A stretch of 64,000 bases of DNA from Chthoniobacterales bacterium (lineage in GTDB: Bacteria > Verrucomicrobiota > Verrucomicrobiia > Chthoniobacterales > JACTMZ01): contig JBBECM010000073.1 of NCBI GenBank assembly GCA_040881855.1, positions 12,515 through 76,514 on the forward strand. Reading direction: 5' to 3'. Position 1 is the first letter of the stretch, and each line of letters opens with the position of its first letter. Position numbers and translations under genes: made by a program. The notes beneath the pieces were generated by a model. The model searched no databases. It saw only the letters and a list, made by a program, of their open reading frames with translations, and had not been told where the DNA came from. Of the stretch, positions 57,361 through 64,000 are shown piece by piece.

Positions 57361-58401
57361 ATGGTCACGGCAGTCAAGGAAGAGACGGTGGCGCATAATG
57401 ACCTCGATCCCGCGCTCATCGTGCGAGCCTATCGCGTCATGCTTCTGGCTCGCGCGACGGAAGACAAACTCGCCAGCCTTTACCGTGCCGGGATGATCAA
57501 AGGCGGCGTCTTCCTCGGCAAAGGCCAGGAAGCGCTCAGCACCGCGTCGTCCATCTTCCTGAAAAAAGGCGACATCTTCGGTCCGCTCATCCGCGACCAA
57601 GCCGGACGCCTCGCTTTCGGCGACACCGTGCTCGACACCCTGCGCACCTATCTCGGCTCGGCCCAAGGACCCATGCGCGGACGCGACGGCAACATCCACC
57701 GCGGCCGCCCGCGCGACGGCTACTACGCCATGATCAGCCATCTGGGTGCGCTCGTGCCCGTGGTGGCCGGCGGACTCTACGCCCGTCGCCTGCGCGGCGA
57801 GACCGGCGTGGTCGGGGTCACTTCCATCGGCGACGGTGGCACCTCGACCGGCGCTTTCCACGAAGGCATCAACATGGCCGCGGTCGAACACCTCCCGCTC
57901 GTCGTCGTGGTGGCCAACAACCAATACGCTTACTCCACGCCGAACAACCGCCAGTTCGCCTGCGCCGACCTCCTCGACAAAGCCGCCGGCTACGGCATCG
58001 CCGGATTCAAATGCGACGGCACCGACCCCGCCGCCTGTCTCGAGACACTCCGCCTCGCCGTGCAGGCCGCACGGGAAGGGAACGGACCCCAACTCGTCGT
58101 AGCCAGCCTGCTTCGTCTCGTCGGTCACGGCGAACACGACGACGCCGGCTACGTCGACGCCGCCCTGCGTAAAGCCAACGTCGGCCGCGACTGCCTCGAG
58201 GTCGGGGCCAAACAATTGATCGACGCCGACCTCGCCACCGCCGGCGAAATCGCCGCCTGGACCAAAGAAGCCCAAGGCGAAGTCGAAGCCGCCCTCAACA
58301 AGGCCCAGCGCGAAAAAGGCCCCGATCCGGGCACCGAAGATTGGCGGGCCATCTCGACCGAACACCTCGTCGACGGACATTTCAACGCGGAGGACGAATG
58401 A
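57361..58401 (+). CDS. 2-oxoacid dehydrogenase E1 component, alpha subunit (TPP-dependent)
   Basis: TPP motif IGDGGTSTGAFHEGINMAAVEHLPLVVVVANNQYA. ATG at 57361. Confidence 0.9.
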   Translation: MVTAVKEETVAHNDLDPALIVRAYRVMLLARATEDKLASLYRAGMIKGGVFLGKGQEALSTASSIFLKKGDIFGPLIRDQAGRLAFGDTVLDTLRTYLGSAQGPMRGRDGNIHRGRPRDGYYAMISHLGALVPVVAGGLYARRLRGETGVVGVTSIGDGGTSTGAFHEGINMAAVEHLPLVVVVANNQYAYSTPNNRQFACADLLDKAAGYGIAGFKCDGTDPAACLETLRLAVQAAREGNGPQLVVASLLRLVGHGEHDDAGYVDAALRKANVGRDCLEVGAKQLIDADLATAGEIAAWTKEAQGEVEAALNKAQREKGPDPGTEDWRAISTEHLVDGHFNAEDE

Positions 58402-59363
58402 GCGTCACCTACCTCGAAGCCATCCGCGCCGCGCAAGAGAAAGCGCTGGCCGACGACCCGCGCGTTTTCATTTACGGACAAGACGTCGGCGCCTTCGGCG
58501 GCGCGTTCAAAGCCACGAAAAACCTCGCGGCCGAATTCCCCGGACGCGTCATGGACGCACCGCTGAGCGAAGACGCCATCGTCGGCTTGGCCATCGGTGC
58601 CGCCATCGAAGGCGCGCGCCCCATCGTCGAAATGCAATTTGCCGACTTCTCGACCGTCGGCTTCAACCAGATCGTCAACCAAGCCGCCACCCTCTACTAC
58701 CGCACCGACGTCCCCTGCCCGATCGTGGTGCGCCTGCCCAGCGGCGGCACGCTCGGCGCCGGCCCTTTCCACAGTCAGAGCATGGAGGCCATCTACTCGC
58801 ACTATCCCGGCCTCGTCGTTATGACACCCGCCACGGTGGAAGACGCTTACAGCATGATGCTCGAAGCCGTCTCGATCGACGACCCGGTCATTTTCTGCGA
58901 GCACAAACTTCTCTACTACCATCTCAAAGCCGACAAACTCCCCGATGTCGCGCAACCCGCCGGCAAAGCCCGCATCGCCCGCGCCGGACGCGACGCCACC
59001 ATCGTGACCTACAGCGCCATGCTCCACGAATCCCTGCAGGCCGCGGAAGACCTCGTCGAGGAAGGTTGGCAAATCGAAGTGATCGACCTGCGCACAGTCA
59101 AACCCCTCGACACCGACACCGTCCTCGCCTCCGTGGCCCGCACCGGACGCCTTCTCGTTGTGGGCGAAGCTTGGCCGTGGGGCGGCGTTACCGCCGAGGT
59201 CATCTCGCGCGTGGCCACCGATGGCTTCGGACTCCTCGACGCCGCGCCCATGCGCCTCAACGCCAAAGACACGCCCGTTCCCTACCATCCCGATCTGTGG
59301 GCCGCCCACCGCCCCACCGCCACCACCGTGGCCGCGCGCCTGCGCCAACTTCTCACCCAATAA
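58398..59363 (+). CDS. 2-oxoacid dehydrogenase E1 component, beta subunit
   Basis: RVMDAPLSEDAIVGLAIGAA, EMQFADF, GPFHSQS. ATGA overlap with the E1 alpha stop. Confidence 0.92.
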   Translation: MSVTYLEAIRAAQEKALADDPRVFIYGQDVGAFGGAFKATKNLAAEFPGRVMDAPLSEDAIVGLAIGAAIEGARPIVEMQFADFSTVGFNQIVNQAATLYYRTDVPCPIVVRLPSGGTLGAGPFHSQSMEAIYSHYPGLVVMTPATVEDAYSMMLEAVSIDDPVIFCEHKLLYYHLKADKLPDVAQPAGKARIARAGRDATIVTYSAMLHESLQAAEDLVEEGWQIEVIDLRTVKPLDTDTVLASVARTGRLLVVGEAWPWGGVTAEVISRVATDGFGLLDAAPMRLNAKDTPVPYHPDLWAAHRPTATTVAARLRQLLTQ

Positions 59364-59367
59364 TTTT

Positions 59368-60603
59368 ATGGCCCGCATCCCTCTCCTCATGCCGCAACTC
59401 GGCGAATCCATCGCCGAAGCCACCATCGTCCGCCTCCTGGCCAAACCCGGCGAGGATGTGGCCGGCGACAGCGATGTGATGGAGGTCGAGACGAACAAAG
59501 CAGTCATGGGCGTCGTCGCCCCGTGCCAGGGCAAACTGATCGAACTCCGCGCCGTCGAAGGCGAAAGCTACGCCGTCGGCGCGACGCTCGGTTACCTCGA
59601 AGTGGCGGACGCCGACGCCGAACGCATGGGCTACCTCGAACCGGAGGAAAACGGATCCAACGCTCAACCCACCGGTTCCATGCCGGCCGGCGCACCGGAA
59701 AAACCGAAGAAAAAACGCGTGGCCAAGCCCGAGATCAAGCAGTCGGACAAACCGGAACCGACGATCCGAGGTCTCCCTGTCCCCGCGCACGCCGGCGGTG
59801 CCGCCTATCTTTCGCCGCGCATGAAAGCGCGCATGACCGAACTCGGACTCAGCGCTGCCGACCTCGCCGGCGTGGCCGGGAGCGGGGCGGGCGGACGCGT
59901 CACCATCGAGGACTTCGAGCGTTTCATGGAAAACCTCGACCAGCATAAAGTCACCGAGGCTTCGTCCATGCGCGTCGCCGTGGCCGATGCCATGCGCCGC
60001 AGTTGGACGCGTCCGCTGGCCACCGTCGTCCTTCCCGTCGAACTCGACAAGATGCTGGCCCACCGCAAAGCCTCCGCCGAGAAAGCCGGCGTCTCGCTCT
60101 ACGCCTTGCGCGCCCTGGCCATGGCCCTGAGCGAGAACAGCGCCCCGGCCGGCCGCCTCATCGGCAATCAAGTCATCCACCCGGGCTCGATCGACATCGG
60201 TTTCGCCGTGGAAGCCGAAGACGGCGTGCTTGTCCCGGTCATCCGCGAAGCCGACAAACACACACTGAAAGACCTCGTTCCCATCTACACCCGCCTCGTC
60301 GAGTTGGCCCGCCAGCGCCGCCTCACCCCGAAAGACATGGGCCAATGCATTTCCACCGTGACGAACTACGGCACGTTCGGTCTCACCCTGGCCACCCCGA
60401 TCCCGCTGCCCGAACAAACCGTCCTTCTCGGCCTCGGCGCCGGCCGCATCGAGCCGAAGTGGGACAAAGACAAAGAACAATTCCTCCCCGTCACTGCCGC
60501 GTGCTTTACCTTGAGCTTCGACCACCGAGTCCTCGACGGAGGCGCCGCCGGCCGTCTTCTCCTGCGCATCGCCGAGTTGCTCAACAATCCGGAGCAGCTC
60601 TGA
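59368..60603 (+). CDS. 2-oxoacid dehydrogenase E2 (dihydrolipoamide acyltransferase)
   Basis: Lipoyl domain (MPQLGESIAEATIV...VMEVETNKAVMGV), a subunit-binding domain (GSGAGGRVTIEDFERF), and the catalytic SFDHRVLDGGAAGRLL. Confidence 0.9.
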   Translation: MARIPLLMPQLGESIAEATIVRLLAKPGEDVAGDSDVMEVETNKAVMGVVAPCQGKLIELRAVEGESYAVGATLGYLEVADADAERMGYLEPEENGSNAQPTGSMPAGAPEKPKKKRVAKPEIKQSDKPEPTIRGLPVPAHAGGAAYLSPRMKARMTELGLSAADLAGVAGSGAGGRVTIEDFERFMENLDQHKVTEASSMRVAVADAMRRSWTRPLATVVLPVELDKMLAHRKASAEKAGVSLYALRALAMALSENSAPAGRLIGNQVIHPGSIDIGFAVEAEDGVLVPVIREADKHTLKDLVPIYTRLVELARQRRLTPKDMGQCISTVTNYGTFGLTLATPIPLPEQTVLLGLGAGRIEPKWDKDKEQFLPVTAACFTLSFDHRVLDGGAAGRLLLRIAELLNNPEQL

Positions 60604-60731
60604 GCCCTCGATGTGCGGTAGGGCCCGCTGGCCCAGCGGGCCGCCGCTCTACGACAAAATAGAAGCGGCGTCCCCGCCGCTTAGAGCGTTTGTGGTTCGA
60701 CTCTTTGCACTATCTGGCGTTGCGCAAAAAA

Positions 60732-60789
60732 GTGGCACGGGCATCCTGCCCGTGACGAACAGCCACCATCGGCAGGATGCCGATGCCAC
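60732..60789. repeat. double-hairpin intergenic repeat, copy C
   Basis: GTGGCACGGGCATCCTGCCCGTG-N12-CATCGGCAGGATGCCGATGCCAC. Both arms are identical to copy B and only the spacer differs. Confidence 0.85.
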
Positions 60790-60878
60790 GAAAAAAACCT
60801 CTGACTCACAGCGTCAACAATTGAATCGAAAACGCTCTAACCTCAATCAACAAGCGGCAGGATGCCGTTTGCACTTTT

Positions 60879-61340
60879 TCAGGCAAACCCCTGCGCCACG
60901 CGCTGCAACTCCTGCTGGAAGGCCATGATGTCGCTTTCGCTCGGACGATACCCCGGCTTCGTCGGATTGAGTCCGAGCCGCCCTGTCTGATCGAGCATCC
61001 AGTCGGCCGTTTCGCCGTCCGAGAAGGTCACCTTTCCACTGGCCAGGGCCGAGGCCCGCGTCACCGCATCCACGCTGACGCGCACCCCGCCGGTCGGTGT
61101 TCCACCACCCTGCCTTTCGCTTTCCCCTTCCTGCTTGGCTGCAGCCAGGCGGTCCACTGCTTCGCTTTGTTTCGGTTGCTCCTTCAGTTGCAACTGCAAG
61201 TCATCGACGAGAAAACGCACGTCCATGTAGGTCAGGCCGAGACCATGCTCATCCTTCAAACGCCGTTGCACGTCGGCCAGCGTGGCCCCTTCGCCGATCC
61301 ATCGGGAGACGACGGCTGTTTGTTCTTCCGTTAATTTCAT
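60879..61340 (-). CDS. hypothetical protein (helical N-terminal module, Gln/Glu-rich linker, small C-terminal domain)
   Basis: ATG start, natural composition, 153 aa. No family recognised. Confidence 0.6.
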   Translation of the reverse strand: MKLTEEQTAVVSRWIGEGATLADVQRRLKDEHGLGLTYMDVRFLVDDLQLQLKEQPKQSEAVDRLAAAKQEGESERQGGGTPTGGVRVSVDAVTRASALASGKVTFSDGETADWMLDQTGRLGLNPTKPGYRPSESDIMAFQQELQRVAQGFA

Positions 61341-61437
61341 GCCGCCATCCTAGCCCACCGGCCGCCGCGTGCAAAGCCACCGCGAAAATCTGCGTTTGCG
61401 GACTTGCCAAGGCATCGGCTTTGCCTAATTAGGAATC

Positions 61438-61932
61438 ATGCAAACAGCTCTACGCTTCGTCGCCACCGTCGCCGTCTTGGGATCGCTTGCCACCGCGGGC
61501 TGCGAAAACATGACGGCCGGGGAAAACGCGCTCATCGCCGCGGGATTGGCCGGGGCCGCCACCGGCATCGCCCTCGGCACCACCGGCGTCCCGGTCGGCA
61601 CCACCCTGCCCGTTGCTCTCGGTGCCGCGGCCGGCGCGGGCGCCCTCGGTTACGGCATCTCCAAAATGCAGGTCAACAAAGACCAACGCAGCTTCGCCGA
61701 GATGCGCGGACAAGACCTCGTCATGCGCGCGCAGCAACGCGGCATGAACGACATCCCGCGTTACATCCTGGTCGATACCATCGCGGAAAAACCCTCGGGT
61801 GGTCGTCCGGTCATGATCTTCGACACCGCCACCGGACGCGTGGCGAGCAACCGCATTTACTACGTCAACATGCCCGCGGGCCCCTACGGGTTCGTGCCCG
61901 CGCCGCCCGGCATGCTCGGTGGCGGACGCTAA
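61438..61932 (+). CDS. putative lipoprotein with glycine-zipper segment
   Basis: Lipobox LGSLATAG-C after the signal peptide MQTALRFVATVAVLGS. Gly/Ala-zipper stretch AAGLAGAATGIALGTTG...GAAAGAGALGYG. AGGA lies 5 nt upstream of the ATG. Confidence 0.65.
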   Translation: MQTALRFVATVAVLGSLATAGCENMTAGENALIAAGLAGAATGIALGTTGVPVGTTLPVALGAAAGAGALGYGISKMQVNKDQRSFAEMRGQDLVMRAQQRGMNDIPRYILVDTIAEKPSGGRPVMIFDTATGRVASNRIYYVNMPAGPYGFVPAPPGMLGGGR

Positions 61933-61936
61933 CAAA

Positions 61937-62830
61937 ATGCCGTCCACGGCCGCCGTGCCGGGCCGCGAACTGCCGCCTTTCCAGATCCTCCCGCCGGAGC
62001 GGCGCGCCCGCATCTTCGGCCTGGATTACGCCATCGTCCCGCAATCCGACGGCGCGGATCTTTGGGTCAGCCGCCCGGCTTGGCACTGGCTCGATTACCT
62101 GCAACCCGAATGCTGGTGGAACCGCGACAACCTCGCCGTGCGGGGTGAACGCTTAACGGGCAGCACGGGCACGGTCTACCGCGCCCGCAGCGCGCCGCCC
62201 GGACGCGTGCCCCGCGATCTGGTGGTCAAATTTTCCCGCATCGCCCAGGACGTCCCGCTCTTCATTCCCGACGACTTCCTCGACTCCTTGCCGCGCACCG
62301 CGGTGGCCGACGCACGCTTTCTGGCTCCTTTCGCCGAGTTCGGACTGCTCTACGAACTGCGCGGCAACATCCTCAACCACGGACCCCACCGCCTGAGAAC
62401 GAAAATGCCCCTCGCCATCTATTCCCCGCCCGGAAAATACCCGCTTTGGCAAACGGGAAGGCATGCCGACATCTTCCGCTCGCACCAACAGGTTATGGCC
62501 CAGGACCAGTTCGAAAACGGATTGGCCGAGGTGCAACTCCAGATCGAGCGCGATTATCTCACACTCTTCGCGTGGGTCGACGGGATCGACGCCGAGGAAG
62601 CTTGCCACCGCGGGATGATCGTCCAGGACCTCCTCGTCCTCTTGACCCGCTCGAGCAACCACGCCCTTTCGAGGCTCGGCTACCACATCCTCGACAACAA
62701 ACCGCGGCATCTCATCGTCCGTCCGCAGTCCGACGGAAGCCTGCTGCAACGCAACGGCAAGGTCGTCTACACCATGATCGACTTCGAGTTGCTGCAGCGG
62801 CACGAGGACACGGCAGGAAGAAAGCAATAA
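61937..62830 (+). CDS. protein-kinase-like fold protein (Kdo/WaaP/RIO-like atypical kinase)
   Basis: GSTGTVYRA (G-loop), LVVKFSR (beta3 Lys), FAEFGLLYELR (alphaC Glu), GYHILDNKPRHLIV (catalytic loop), YTMIDFELL (DFG-equivalent). ATG at 61937 was chosen because it falls just after the upstream TAA. Confidence 0.62.
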   Translation: MPSTAAVPGRELPPFQILPPERRARIFGLDYAIVPQSDGADLWVSRPAWHWLDYLQPECWWNRDNLAVRGERLTGSTGTVYRARSAPPGRVPRDLVVKFSRIAQDVPLFIPDDFLDSLPRTAVADARFLAPFAEFGLLYELRGNILNHGPHRLRTKMPLAIYSPPGKYPLWQTGRHADIFRSHQQVMAQDQFENGLAEVQLQIERDYLTLFAWVDGIDAEEACHRGMIVQDLLVLLTRSSNHALSRLGYHILDNKPRHLIVRPQSDGSLLQRNGKVVYTMIDFELLQRHEDTAGRKQ

Positions 62831-62873
62831 ACGGAGCCGGGACGACGCACCCCGCCTGGCTTGGCACTGGAGG

Positions 62874-63563
62874 TCACCGCCGTGAACCCATGAACATGCG
62901 GAGCACATACCAGAACATCATGGCAATGCCGGCGAAGAGCTGGATTGACGCGGCCACATCGGCATTGGCCGGAAATCCACGCATGATATTCGAGGTCGTG
63001 TAGAGCACCGATCCGGAGGCCAGAACAATCATGGCCACGCTGAACCACGTGCCCGGATCGAATTTGAAGATCACGGCGCAAACGATGACGGCCAAACCGA
63101 ACAACCCGCCCCAGATCAGGAAGGACCGCAGGAAGGAAAAATCGCGGCCCGTGGTCACGACCACCGCGGTGAGCAGGAGAAAACCGCCGATGGTCACTTG
63201 GGCCGCACTGGCGATGACACCCGGGGCGGCGCTCTCCGCGGCGGCGAGCAGCGGGACCGTGATCAACGCTTGCAGCAGCACGTAGAGAAAAAATCCGGCG
63301 TATTGCAAGGGACGCGAAACCGATGGCACGGCAATCAGGGTCGCGACCCACGAGAGGAGCATGAATCCACCCAGAACCACGAGCCACGAGACGCCCGAAA
63401 AAACCCGCAGCACGGTCTCCGCGATGCCGCTGCGGAAGAACCAGACTTCCAAACCGACAAAAAGGAGGACCGCAAGCACGAGGTGCGCGTAAACGCGGGT
63501 GAGGAAAGAACTTTGGGCCGACGCGGCGAGATCGGCGACAGGGCTGGCGGAGAAGTTGCTCAT
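62874..63563 (-). CDS. Bax inhibitor-1/YccA family membrane protein
   Basis: FLTRVYAHLVLAVLLF, seven hydrophobic helices, and C-terminal LFAGIAMMFWYVLRMFMG, all typical of BI-1/YccA. Confidence 0.88.
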   Translation of the reverse strand: MSNFSASPVADLAASAQSSFLTRVYAHLVLAVLLFVGLEVWFFRSGIAETVLRVFSGVSWLVVLGGFMLLSWVATLIAVPSVSRPLQYAGFFLYVLLQALITVPLLAAAESAAPGVIASAAQVTIGGFLLLTAVVVTTGRDFSFLRSFLIWGGLFGLAVIVCAVIFKFDPGTWFSVAMIVLASGSVLYTTSNIMRGFPANADVAASIQLFAGIAMMFWYVLRMFMGSRR

Positions 63564-63601
63564 GACCGGAACATCGCCCAGCCGCCGCCGGGCGGCACGC
63601 T

Positions 63602-64000
63602 TTACTTTTTGGCCCGCGGGTGGAACTGACGGTGGGCTTTGTGCAAGCCGCGCGTGTCGACGTGCGTGTAAACCTGCGTCGTCGAAATATCGGCGTGACC
63701 GAGCATTTCCTGGATGACGCGCAAGTCCGCTCCCCCCTGCAGCAGGTGGGTGGCAAAAGAATGGCGGAGCATGTGCGGGTGCACCTTCTTCCCGATCCCC
63801 GCCCGCCCGGCCAACTCGCCGAGCAGTTGCCAGACGCGCTGGTTGGTCAATTTGCGTCCGCGCACCGACAAAAACACTTCGCCGCCGGTTTTTTTGCCGA
63901 CCAGTTCCGGGCGGCCGGACTGCAAGTATCGGCCGAGTGCCTTCCGTGCCCCGGAACCGACCGGAACCAAGCGTTGCTTGTTGCCCTTGCCGGTGACGCG
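63602..64000 (-). CDS. tyrosine site-specific recombinase, XerC/XerD type (3' part; 5' end lies beyond the window)
   Basis: The frame stays open to base 64000 (...RVTGKGNKQRLVPVGSG). Catalytic residues are present in HPHMLRHSFATHLL and LGHADISTTQVYTHV. Confidence 0.88.
   Translation of the reverse strand, partial: RVTGKGNKQRLVPVGSGARKALGRYLQSGRPELVGKKTGGEVFLSVRGRKLTNQRVWQLLGELAGRAGIGKKVHPHMLRHSFATHLLQGGADLRVIQEMLGHADISTTQVYTHVDTRGLHKAHRQFHPRAKK

Noticed and set aside
51826-60789. Possibility that the repeated 23-nt palindromic units form a CRISPR array
   Set aside because: The copies are several kb apart, each lies in a different intergenic region, and orientation differs. No regular repeat-spacer periodicity and no cas genes are present.
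60611-60928. 105-aa ORF spanning the big intergenic region (similar ORFs occur at 51452..51967 and 54738..56891)
   Set aside because: Its reading frame runs straight through the hairpin repeats, producing the recurrent peptide SGTGILPV...RQDADAT. It is a translation artefact of the repeat.
63602-64000. Tyrosine recombinase as a marker of an integrated mobile element or genomic island
   Set aside because: The sequence has the housekeeping XerC/XerD pattern, and the adjacent genes are ordinary (BI-1 family protein). No att-like direct repeats, tRNA target or phage/IS genes are visible. It cannot be fully excluded, because the gene's 5' end and upstream context lie outside the window.
1-64000. 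Search by eye for tRNA, rRNA, tmRNA, IS elements, toxin-antitoxin pairs and known defence-system genes
   Set aside because: No intergenic gap is long enough and cloverleaf-like, and no transposase, nuclease-helicase or Cas-like proteins were recognised among the translated ORFs. This is a visual inspection only. tRNAscan-SE, Infernal and DefenseFinder would be needed to confirm the absence.

Overview
Strongly GC-rich bacterial chromosomal segment with marked G/C bias at codon third positions. It is almost fully coding: about 60 CDS that I can support, and 4-nt ATGA/GTGA start-stop overlaps link many of them into operons. The protein set and a dispersed double-hairpin repeat suggest Verrucomicrobiota (Opitutales-like), but that is unverified inference. 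Most genes are housekeeping: proS, purN, cysK, mutL, nth, gpmA, rpsR and rpmG (rpmG is shorter than the entries listed in the ORF track), an HtrA-type protease, a P1B-ATPase, an RND pump, a Dpp/Opp-type ABC importer, 2-oxoacid dehydrogenase E1a/E1b/E2 and the 3' part of a xerC/D-type recombinase. By eye I found no rRNA, tRNA, CRISPR array, transposase or phage genes. Because of the GC content, nearly every real gene is shadowed by long antisense or off-frame ORFs, which I rejected. The best candidates for something undescribed are: (1) a translationally coupled envelope module built around a REC-pseudokinase-TM-FGE/SUMF1 protein flanked by two unknown exported proteins, downstream of the HtrA-type protease gene; (2) a four-gene overlapping operon, GNAT / sugar-1-P nucleotidyltransferase / APH-fold anomeric sugar kinase / GlgE, that ties a salvage-like trio to the maltose-1-phosphate glucan pathway; (3) a 57-58 bp double-hairpin intergenic repeat family (three full copies and one solo arm) with compensatory base changes; (4) a DksA-like protein with a histone-H1-like basic head, an acidic tail and a degenerate zinc finger, sitting directly upstream of rpmG-rpsR; (5) an RND permease with no adaptor or outer-membrane partner, followed instead by a 1025-aa secreted TPR protein. 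All functional calls come from motif and pattern recognition by eye. No database search was run.
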